A DNA stretch of 64,000 bases from an uncultured cyanobacterium (GTDB lineage Bacteria; Cyanobacteriota; Cyanobacteriia; Cyanobacteriales; Nostocaceae): the NCBI GenBank assembly GCA_963740315.1, contig CAVUDP010000004.1, forward strand, positions 544,001 to 608,000, written 5' to 3'. Made by a program: the position numbers and the translations under genes. This document shows, piece after piece, positions 32,005-39,958 of this stretch. Within the stretch, counting starts at the first letter, position 1, and each line of letters opens with the position of its first letter. The notes under the pieces were generated by a model that saw nothing but the letters and a program-made list of their open reading frames with translations, was not told the origin of the DNA and made no database searches.

Positions 32005-32754
32005 CTAAGTTTCGTCTTCCACGGGGAAAAACTCCTTAGTATCCGCAGAAAAAGTCCAAGCCACTCCATCTGGATCTTTATTGCGACTCCATTCCGGAAA
32101 TGCTGGATCGTCTCTACGCTTGAACACCGTGCTGGAATAAACCCCCAAACGTTTAGCAAGCTCAGATTGAATTAAAGAACCCAAAAACAATTGTTTTTCC
32201 AGAGGTTTATTTACCTGTTCTACTTTTTCTAAAGTTTCTTCTGGTAATTCCTCCGCATTTACTAATTCAACAATTGATTCAGTAGGCTCGATCGCAGGAA
32301 TCGGTTCGAGAAGTTCTTTGTTTAAAGTTGCAACAGGAGCATTACTAAAATCGATTTCTGGTTCGCTACTATCCAGAATGCTGCCCAAAGTGTTGGCACT
32401 CATAAAGTAATACACTTTATTACCATCATCTGAGTCAACAATACTCGCGCCAAATTCAGAAGCTTTAGTATCCAAATAGCGTTTTGCCTTTGCTCCATGA
32501 AAATTACCCCGCAATGCTAAATCCATAGGGGTAATCCTGCCTTGATTTTCCTGGATTAACTTTTGGAAAACTGGGTTAACCTTACTGCACCACTGTTGCC
32601 ATTGGAAAGTTCGCCACAAATTGAACCCGACAATTACAGCAAACACTCCCAGCAAGAACCGCCATGCAGAAACTAGGAAGATAATTAAAAACGAAATTGG
32701 CAAAAGTAGAAGCAAAAAACCTTTGCCCGAGGTTTCTAGTGTTTTTTCACTCAT
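32005..32754 (-). CDS. Conserved cyanobacterial membrane hypothetical protein
   Basis: Two N-terminal TMs; C-terminal LIQSELAKRLGV...WSRNKDPDGVAW HTH-like motif. Confidence 0.7.
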   Translation of the reverse strand: MSEKTLETSGKGFLLLLLPISFLIIFLVSAWRFLLGVFAVIVGFNLWRTFQWQQWCSKVNPVFQKLIQENQGRITPMDLALRGNFHGAKAKRYLDTKASEFGASIVDSDDGNKVYYFMSANTLGSILDSSEPEIDFSNAPVATLNKELLEPIPAIEPTESIVELVNAEELPEETLEKVEQVNKPLEKQLFLGSLIQSELAKRLGVYSSTVFKRRDDPAFPEWSRNKDPDGVAWTFSADTKEFFPVEDET

Positions 32755-33064
32755 GCCTATGTATTTGCTAAGTGATTGATTTTAGGAAATATTATCATCT
32801 TGGCAAAAATTGGGACATTAATTTGTATTGCTTGTAGATTTATACGAAAGTTTTTGCAAAAAATTAACTTTATTGATAGTCGTAAATTCGTCAATATTCA
32901 GCAATAAGTCTTCGTTCGGCTTGTATTTCTAAACTTTTACCAATCTAAAGGCAAAAAAATTCAAGCGATCGCATTTAAGCAAAAACTGGGAAATTAAGTA
33001 ATTAGCGATACAACTTAATACTGATATCAAGTAGGTTGGGTTAAAAGTGTACGAATAGATTTAT

Positions 33065-33096
33065 AAGGTTTGTAGTAAGCGCTTACTACGAACCTT
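33065..33096. repeat. Minimal GTAG palindrome
   Basis: AAGGTTTGTAGTAAGC-GCTTACTACGAACCTT, a 32-bp near-perfect palindrome. Confidence 0.8.
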
Positions 33097-33254
33097 CTTA
33101 CCCATCATAATTAATAGGACAAAGCACTGCTCCACCACAGAAATTATGAGGGCTTCAGGTAGTGCGTTAACGGAGTGTGTCCGCTAGGATATGCGTCTCA
33201 CTCGAAGTCACCAGCGAGCAAGATGCGATCGCTACGAATTATTTTCCCAACCCC

Positions 33255-33283
33255 TTGACACTTCATATTACATATACTACATT
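33255..33283 (+). promoter_or_regulatory. Sigma70-type promoter for the tRNA-like RNA/rsr operon
   Basis: TTGACA (33255-33260), 17-bp spacer, TACATT (33278-33283). Confidence 0.65.
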
Positions 33284-33395
33284 AATAATACAGAGCGAAA
33301 AACACAGCGTAAATTAATCAAATCTCATAAAATTTGACTTTTGCAATATGTTTTTCAATCTCGTTAAAACAAATGAATTTTGAATTGTTTTTTAT

Positions 33396-33539
33396 GAAGG
33401 GGTAGCCAAGTGGTAAGGCAGCGGAAGGGTAATTAATTTACTCTTATTCCTTGATTAACAACTTGCCCGTTTACGGGACGAATATCGAGGGTTATCGTGA
33501 TTTCGCCATTCGCAGGTTCAAATCCTGCTCCCTTCACCA
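33396..33539 (+). ncRNA. tRNA-shaped Y-like RNA 1 (His/Gln-like scaffold, encoded CCA)
   Basis: Acceptor GAAGGGG/TCCCTTC-A-CCA; D arm GCCAAGTGGTAAGGC; stem GCGGA/TTCGC enclosing the shared module; T arm GCAGG-TTCAAAT-CCTGC. Confidence 0.85.
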
Positions 33540-33581
33540 AAAAAATATTGAATTTTCAACTCATAATTCATAGTTTTTCAA

Positions 33582-33748
33582 GTAGGGGTGGCTGAGTGGT
33601 TTAAGGCAGCGACACTTATTTCCTTAATTAACAACTTGCCTGATAAGGGACGAATATTAAGGGTTATCGTAAAATTCGCCAATATAGCTATCTGAAAATT
33701 AATTTCGGAAGTGATTATTCGTAGGTTCAAATCCTACCCCCTACACCA
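33582..33748 (+). ncRNA. tRNA-shaped Y-like RNA 2 (class II-like scaffold, long variable arm, encoded CCA)
   Basis: Acceptor GTAGGGG/CCCCTAC-A-CCA; D arm GCTGAGTGGTTTAAGGC; shared module; variable hairpin TCTGAAA/TTTCGGA; T arm GTAGG-TTCAAAT-CCTAC. Confidence 0.85.
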
Positions 33749-33791
33749 AAAAATCCAAAAGCATCCGTTGTTAAAATCCAAAATACTCATG

Positions 33792-33920
33792 TGGCGAGTA
33801 GCGCAGCTAGGTAGCGCGTCAAACAGAATGTCCTTTTTCACAAACTTGCCTTTTGAGGACGGAGAATTAGGGTTATCGCTTTTAATTTGAAGGTCGCAGG
33901 TTCAAATCCTGCTTCGCCAC
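33792..33920 (+). ncRNA. tRNA-shaped Y-like RNA 3 (retains Lys-type CTTTTAA loop)
   Basis: Acceptor TGGCGAG/TTCGCCA-C; D arm GCGC-AGCTAGGTA-GCGC; TCAAA[module]CTTTTAA-TTTGA; T arm GCAGG-TTCAAAT-CCTGC. Confidence 0.85.
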
Positions 33921-33941
33921 CAAAAATCTAAAATTCTTCTG

Positions 33942-34065
33942 TGGTAAGTAGCTCAGTAGTTAGAGCGCCTAAACGTCTTTGTTCAAAACTTGCCTTTCGG
34001 GGACGACGAATAAAGGTTATCGCCTGTCAAGCGGGAAGTCGCGGGTGCAAATCCTGCCTTACCAC
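33942..34065 (+). ncRNA. tRNA-shaped Y-like RNA 4 (retains Asp-type CTGTCAA loop)
   Basis: Acceptor TGGTAAG/CTTACCA-C; D arm GCTC-AGTAGTTA-GAGC; CC[module]CGC-CTGTCAA-GCGGG; T arm GCGGG-TGCAAAT-CCTGC. Confidence 0.83.
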
Positions 34066-34102
34066 CTTCCATTTTTGTCCGCAAGGGCTGGGAGTTAAAA
34101 TA

Positions 34103-35704
34103 ATGAACTATAAATTCTTTACTCAAAATAAAAAAACGCCGCAAAATCAACCTATTCCTGGCAGAGAAGCAGAGATGATTCGGGGACGCAGCGGCGGCTA
34201 TATGTTTGATGCACTTATATGGCAAATGCTGCGACGCTGTTTGTTAATTGGTACCGCAAAAAGCACTTATTATGCTGGAAAGCGTGAATTAACTGAAGAT
34301 TTTTTCTCAACCGTTCAAAAAGCTGTTGCTGAAAATTGCGATCGCGTTGCTGAAGAAATTTTGTACGCTAGCGATGGACGAGCCATCAATAACAGTGCGC
34401 CAATATTTGCTTTAGTTTTGCTATCGATGGGTGAAACACCAGAAGCGAAAGCTGCTTTTACAAAAATATTTCCGCAAGTAGTTCGCACTGGCAGCCATTT
34501 TTATGAATGGTTGAGCTATACAAAGTCGCTGCGTGGTTTTGGTAAAGTTGTGCGGGAAGCTGGTAAAACCTGGTTGTCGCGTCCCGATGCTACAGGTTTA
34601 GCTTATCAATTGTTAAAGTACCAGCAACGTCATGATTTTACCAACCGCGACGCTTTACGGTTGTTTCACGTCAAACCACCAACTCCGGATCATGAATTAC
34701 TGTTTCATTGGATAGTCAAAGGTTGGGAAGAGTTACCCACGAATATTCCTAGTACCGCTTTGACACAGATTTGGTGGTACGAATGGTTGAAGCGCAATCC
34801 AGATCAAACCCACGAAGCTATAACTAAAGGACGCTTGACTCATGAAATGTCTGCTCCGGTGGGCAAAATGGATAAGCAAGCTTGGCAATTGTTATTTAAC
34901 GAAATGCCGATTGGTGCGATGTTGCGTAACTTGGGTTCGCTGACACAATTGGATGTATTGCGAAGCGATGAACCTGCAAACCTCGATCGCCTTGAAGCAG
35001 TTCTTAACAGTAAAGAACATTTACGTAAAGGACGCATCCATCCTATCGATGTTTTGAAAGCGCTCAAAACCTATCAATCTGGAGGAAATTTAGGACGCAG
35101 CAAAAAGACTTGGAATCCAGTTAGCCGCATAGTAGACATTTTAGAAAAAGCATTAGAACTGTCTTTCGATGTGGTTGAACCTACGGGTAAAGTGTTCATG
35201 CACGCCGTTGACATATCGGGTTCGATGTCTTACACCAGCGTGAGTTCTATTGGACTTACCTGCTGTGAAATCGCTACTACAATGGCACTTGTCACAGCAA
35301 AAGCCGAGAAAAACTACATGATTCGTGGCTTTGCTACCGACTTTCGCAACTTGGGTATTACAGCTAAAGATAGTTTTAGTTCGGCAATTCGTAAAGCTAG
35401 CAATCAAAACTTCGGCGGCACAGATGCTTCAGTTGCTTATGATTGGATGATTAAAAACAACTTCAAAGCCGATGTAATTTGTTTTTGGACTGACTCAGAA
35501 AGTTGGGCTGGTAGAAGTCATCCATCTCAGGCATTAGCACGATACCGCGAAAAAGTCAATCCCAACGCTAAAGCTGTTTACGTCACCTTGGCACCCTACC
35601 AGATTACCTTGGTAGACCCCGAAGATCCTTTGAGTTGGGACATTGGCGGATTCGATCCCGGTGCGCCGCGTTTGATTCAAATGCTGGCAGAGGAAGGATT
35701 ATAA
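34103..35704 (+). CDS. rsr: Ro60/Rsr TROVE-domain RNA-binding protein (533 aa)
   Basis: N-terminal GRSGGYMF...LRRCLLIG...TYYA; VRTGSHF, RGFGK, KYQQR, AMLRNLG and IHPIDVL; vWA MIDAS AVDISGSM, GGTD, TDSE, GFD; ATG at 34103 preceded by GGAG. Confidence 0.93.
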   Translation: MNYKFFTQNKKTPQNQPIPGREAEMIRGRSGGYMFDALIWQMLRRCLLIGTAKSTYYAGKRELTEDFFSTVQKAVAENCDRVAEEILYASDGRAINNSAPIFALVLLSMGETPEAKAAFTKIFPQVVRTGSHFYEWLSYTKSLRGFGKVVREAGKTWLSRPDATGLAYQLLKYQQRHDFTNRDALRLFHVKPPTPDHELLFHWIVKGWEELPTNIPSTALTQIWWYEWLKRNPDQTHEAITKGRLTHEMSAPVGKMDKQAWQLLFNEMPIGAMLRNLGSLTQLDVLRSDEPANLDRLEAVLNSKEHLRKGRIHPIDVLKALKTYQSGGNLGRSKKTWNPVSRIVDILEKALELSFDVVEPTGKVFMHAVDISGSMSYTSVSSIGLTCCEIATTMALVTAKAEKNYMIRGFATDFRNLGITAKDSFSSAIRKASNQNFGGTDASVAYDWMIKNNFKADVICFWTDSESWAGRSHPSQALARYREKVNPNAKAVYVTLAPYQITLVDPEDPLSWDIGGFDPGAPRLIQMLAEEGL

Positions 35705-35778
35705 TAGATTAACTGGACTATGGGGAATGGAATGAAATTTTCTCCCCATCTCCCTATCTCCCCATCATATTTATTCAC

Positions 35779-35890
35779 GGCGGGGTTTCCTGGTTCGCAA
35801 CTTGCCCAAATCGGGACGATGGATTTAGGATTATCGGCATAAAATCTCCACCATTTTGGGGATGAACGGGTTCGATCCCCGTACCCGCCT
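35779..35890 (+). ncRNA. tRNA-like Y-like RNA 5 (no D arm)
   Basis: Acceptor GGCGGG/CCCGCC; module AACTTGCC-CAAATCG-GGACG-N9-GGATTATCG; hairpin ATCTCCA/TGGGGAT; T arm ACGGG-TTCGATC-CCCGT. Confidence 0.78.
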
Positions 35891-35904
35891 TTATTTATAT
35901 ATAA

Positions 35905-35932
35905 CCTTGGCTAGAAGTCGAGGCTTTTTTTT
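35905..35932 (+). terminator. Intrinsic terminator closing the rsr operon
   Basis: CCTTGGCT-AGA-AGTCGAGG hairpin followed by C and T8. Confidence 0.75.
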
Positions 35933-36057
35933 GACAATATAGTATGAATAATTACGCAAGCGATCGCAATAATAATCGCGCTGAATTCGCAACATTTTTT
36001 AATTCATTTGCGTCTATATTTTCAGGATTTTAAATACAGTCAAAATATTATATTGAA

Positions 36058-36594
36058 ATGAAAAAACCATATTATTTGTTGCAAAGTATATTTATTCTTG
36101 TAACTAGTATTTTGTTAATTGAAACTAACAGTGTAAATGCAGCCGAAAAAGTTGTCTTCAGATACAAAATCTTTAGTAGAACATTGCCAGTAAAAGAATT
36201 AACAAAGTTGTCTGAAACTGGAGAAGTTTCGCCAAACTTAGATTATTACTTGAAGCGGACGAAGCAAGACCCCGAAGCAGTTCGCAATGTCTTGAACAAA
36301 GAAGTAAACGTTAGTACCGTAACTTTAGACCGCACGCTAAACAGTGAGATTGGTGGTTTTTTATTAGATCGAATTAGTCAGACAATTCATACTTCATCAG
36401 ATCGAGCTAATAGAAAAGCTTTGCGATCGGCAATAGTACTATCTAGCAGTGAAGATAACAAAGTTTCACTAATTGAAATAATTCAGAATTATCCAACTAA
36501 AGAAGTTTATGTAGAGGGAGATAATTTAGCGCGGACTTATAAACAGCTAAGCATTTTAACGGAAGGTTTACAAGGATGGTTGGGTATTCTCTAA
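36058..36594 (+). CDS. DUF1400-like (cyanobacterial alpha/beta hydrolase-associated domain) protein
   Basis: Signal peptide then AAEKVVFRY; ALRSAIVLS and IIQNYPTKEVYVEG motifs. Confidence 0.75.
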   Translation: MKKPYYLLQSIFILVTSILLIETNSVNAAEKVVFRYKIFSRTLPVKELTKLSETGEVSPNLDYYLKRTKQDPEAVRNVLNKEVNVSTVTLDRTLNSEIGGFLLDRISQTIHTSSDRANRKALRSAIVLSSSEDNKVSLIEIIQNYPTKEVYVEGDNLARTYKQLSILTEGLQGWLGIL

Positions 36595-36738
36595 TTATTA
36601 TCTAGCACAGCACAACTATGTACAAAGAATGATTTATCTTTACTAGCATATCTGTCTTGAGAGCAGTTTAGCGATTAAGTTTAACTGTTAAATTATTGAT
36701 GAAAAATAATTTGTACTTTATTACTTAATATCTCAACA

Positions 36739-37413
36739 ATGGCATTTAAAAGCGTAATTTTAGACGTAGATGGAACCCTTGTCCTTAGTAATGATGTTCA
36801 TGCCCAAGCTTGGGTAGAAGCATTTGCAAAATTTGGTTATGAGGTAAAATATGACGAAGTTCGACCATTAATTGGCATGGGTGGCGACCAAATTATTCCT
36901 AAATTTGCGCCGGGGCTTTCTGATGAAGAAGGAACAGGCAAGCAAATAACCGATTACCGTAAGGAATTAGTTCTTGATAAGTTTGTACCAAAAATGTCTG
37001 CCGCTAATGGTGCCAGAGACATGGTATTGAAGCTGCAAGAAGAGGGAAAGCGTTTAGTGATTGCAACTTCAGCAAGTTCTAAAGTACTGACATCTTTACT
37101 TAAAGTTGCCAAAGTAGACGATATTCTCAGTGAAGATGACGCTACAAGTTCCGATGATGCGGAAGACTCGAAACCAGCACCGGATATAGTACAAGCTGCT
37201 TTGAAAAAATTTGAAATGCAGCCCGACGAAACTGTGATGATTGGTGATACTCCTTACGATATTGAAGCTGCAAATAAAGCTGGAGTCAAAGTTATTGCAG
37301 TGCGTAGCGGTGGCTTTGATGATTCTCAACTTCATAGCGCGATCGCCATTTATAACGATGCGGCAGATTTGGTAGAAAACTATGATAATTCCCCGCTAGC
37401 AAACGCTAAATAA
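36739..37413 (+). CDS. HAD family hydrolase
   Basis: DVDGTL, ATS, KPAPD and IGDTPYD motifs. Confidence 0.92.
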   Translation: MAFKSVILDVDGTLVLSNDVHAQAWVEAFAKFGYEVKYDEVRPLIGMGGDQIIPKFAPGLSDEEGTGKQITDYRKELVLDKFVPKMSAANGARDMVLKLQEEGKRLVIATSASSKVLTSLLKVAKVDDILSEDDATSSDDAEDSKPAPDIVQAALKKFEMQPDETVMIGDTPYDIEAANKAGVKVIAVRSGGFDDSQLHSAIAIYNDAADLVENYDNSPLANAK

Positions 37414-37502
37414 TTGTAATAGATTTATTTTTGTCGTAGTGTGGTTAAGAAAGGGTTATCTAGATTTCTAACCACCTACATAAAATATAAAATTCAAAAT
37501 TG

Positions 37503-37796
37503 ATGAAATTAATTGCTTTAGTGCTGGTTTCGCTAAGTATTATGTTTTCATTCGCTTTCCCAGCTAATGCTGATACTTGTAGCGATTACAACGGACACGA
37601 AGTTTGTATTATTAATCTGAGACGTAGTGCTAAGAGATATTGGACTTACAGGGCAACTATCAGTATTGATGGCAAGAAACTACCGAGAGAAATCTATAAC
37701 TGTCGTGGGGAATTCAGAATTCAAAAAAATGGCAAAATTGTCCCATTTGGGGAAGATGGTGTAGGTAATTTAGTATGCCAATTTTATAAGAAGTAG
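37503..37796 (+). CDS. Small secreted hypothetical protein
   Basis: Signal peptide, four Cys, RRSAKRYWTYRA motif. Confidence 0.7.
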   Translation: MKLIALVLVSLSIMFSFAFPANADTCSDYNGHEVCIINLRRSAKRYWTYRATISIDGKKLPREIYNCRGEFRIQKNGKIVPFGEDGVGNLVCQFYKK

Positions 37797-38239
37797 TTTT
37801 ATTGCTTAAAATATTTTTAATAAAAAAACCGATGCTTGAGGTGAGACGCGCAGATAAAAGAAATAAAGATATATATAATAATATAAAATTTTATTTCTTT
37901 TGTGCGACGAGTATACAGGCAAAAATAAACACGGTAAAACCTACGTAGCTAAATACAGTTATCCAATCTTGCCAGTTAGGGGGAAGGGTTGATGTTTCGT
38001 TCATTGGTGAAAGTGGGAAATAAATTTAAGTGAATCTATCTTCGTGTTAGAGGAAGGGGAAGAGAGTCAAAATGTCAGAGTTAATAAATGCTCTAGATAG
38101 AATTATAAATTGGTTTCAAAATAACAATTAATCTTTTTTCGCAGGAGATATTGATTTAAAAAACCTTACTAGACGCAGAGAGCGCAGAGGAAGAAGATTA
38201 AGAAAGATTGATAATTGATAATTGATAATTAATAACTGC

Positions 38240-39700
38240 TCACTGTAATTCCACCATTTCCCGAATATTCCCCCTCAATCCTCCGACTCCCCGATCAAAT
38301 TCTCTATCTTGCTGACAAACCAACATTGGTAAACCACCTTTAGCAGCTAAGACAATTAAAGCGCTACGATTAATTTGTTGTTGTGGTAAAGATTGAAAAC
38401 GGAATTTTTGCAGCAACATTGCTAATACAATTTTGATTTCCATCATCGCAAACCCCGCTCCGATACATTTACGGGAACCAGCGCTGAAGGGATTATATGC
38501 AAAGTTATCTACTTCTAAAGTTTCCCAACGTTGGGGATTAAATTTATCAGGTTGCAAGTAAATTTCGGGACTATGATGACTGTGGTAAATACTTACCCAA
38601 ACTTCGGTTCCTGGAGGTAATTCATAACCTGACAAAATAGTTGCTTGGGATGTAACGCGAGCATTCCAAGGTACTGGTGGTAGTATCCGTAGACTTTCTT
38701 TAATGACTCGCTCTAGCAACGGTAACTGCTGCAATTGTTCGATTGTGGGTGCTTCTGCTTGTAATACCGTATCGAGTTCATCCACTAAGTCAGCAGCAAT
38801 TTCTGGGTGTTGGGAAAGTAAAAATAATGTCCAAGTTAAAGCATTAGCGCTGGTTTCGTGTCCGGCAGCAAATATTACACTGACCTGTCCGAGTAATTCA
38901 TCTTCGCTTAATGTCATTCCAGTTTCAGCGTCTCGTGCTTCGATCAACATCGAAAGCACATCCCCGGTATCGCTGTCTGTAGCTTTTCTGGAGCGAATTA
39001 TCCCGCGCATTTCTTCGTCTAACTCAGCCATTAAACTTAGCATCCGGCGGAAGGGAAACCCCGGTAAATCGAAGGGAAAAACCATCGTTGTCGGACTACC
39101 TAATAAAATACCAATTTGTTGAAGAAGTTTGGCGCTTTTACTACCTTTTTCTCCCATATCCACACCGAATAAAGTCTTGGTGGCTACCCGCAATGTCAGC
39201 GATCGCATCAATGCAGCAATATTGGTGACTTGATTAACTTCTAATTCCTGGCTCAGTGATTCCGTAATTGCAACAATACTATCTTTGTAAGACTCAATCC
39301 GTTTTTGATGAAAAGCTGGCATTAATAACTGACGGTGACGACGATGAGCGTCGCTATTTACACCAAATAAACCTACACCAAAATGTTTCAAAGGTTCCGT
39401 GCGCGGTGATTGATCTCGTCTGCGGTACAATCCACCAGTCAAAGGATATTTGTAATAAATTTCATGTTGAGTTGCTACTGTTTGAATGTTTTCAGCCCCA
39501 TAAGTAAAAACAGTACCGGGACAATTTGGTAAGGGAGAGTAAAGATTAGTACCACCACCACGAGCAAGGGAAACTAAATTACCGTATTCTTGAAATAATT
39601 GACTTGTAAAACCCAGAGAATCACGAACAAATTTTGATACTAATATGGTGCGTCCAAATAATGGTAAAGGTTGAGGACCGGGAACTGTTAATTTAGTCAT
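38240..39700 (-). CDS. Cytochrome P450
   Basis: I-helix AGHETSA, ExxR (ESLR), PQRW, heme motif FSAGSRKCIG. Confidence 0.95.
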   Translation of the reverse strand: MTKLTVPGPQPLPLFGRTILVSKFVRDSLGFTSQLFQEYGNLVSLARGGGTNLYSPLPNCPGTVFTYGAENIQTVATQHEIYYKYPLTGGLYRRRDQSPRTEPLKHFGVGLFGVNSDAHRRHRQLLMPAFHQKRIESYKDSIVAITESLSQELEVNQVTNIAALMRSLTLRVATKTLFGVDMGEKGSKSAKLLQQIGILLGSPTTMVFPFDLPGFPFRRMLSLMAELDEEMRGIIRSRKATDSDTGDVLSMLIEARDAETGMTLSEDELLGQVSVIFAAGHETSANALTWTLFLLSQHPEIAADLVDELDTVLQAEAPTIEQLQQLPLLERVIKESLRILPPVPWNARVTSQATILSGYELPPGTEVWVSIYHSHHSPEIYLQPDKFNPQRWETLEVDNFAYNPFSAGSRKCIGAGFAMMEIKIVLAMLLQKFRFQSLPQQQINRSALIVLAAKGGLPMLVCQQDREFDRGVGGLRGNIREMVELQ

Positions 39701-39958
39701 AGTAGTTGTAAAAAAAATTGTTGTAATTAGATGAATGCTAATATCACAGTAGAATTTTTAATGTTTGTATTTGACTTTTACGGCTAAAAACCTCACCCTG
39801 TCATAACCGACATCCCTCTGCTTATTAAGGAGAGGGAAAATAAAAAACTAGATAATACATTACTAATAAATCAAGCAATTCTTAGTCCTATTTATAGGAC
39901 TTATGCTATTAGCTTGGGGTTTGCAACCCCAAGTGGGTTAAAAGAAGAACAAATAACT

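Noticed and set aside
33396..34065. Ordinary tRNA gene cluster or group I intron-containing tRNAs
   Set aside because: Anticodon arms are interrupted by about 50-75 nt inserts, far too short for group I/II introns, and discriminators do not match the residual anticodons
33396..34065. CRISPR array (recurring motif with variable spacers)
   Set aside because: Repeats are degenerate and structurally co-varying inside cloverleaves; no cas genes in the window
33941..34102. 54-codon N-terminal extension of the Ro60 ORF from GTG 33941
   Set aside because: It overlaps tRNA-like unit 4 entirely; ATG 34103 has a GGAG RBS and gives a typical Ro60 length
35779..35890. tmRNA (ssrA) or a piece of it
   Set aside because: Only about 110 nt, no tag reading frame, no G3-U70 alanine acceptor, and it carries the Ro-associated module
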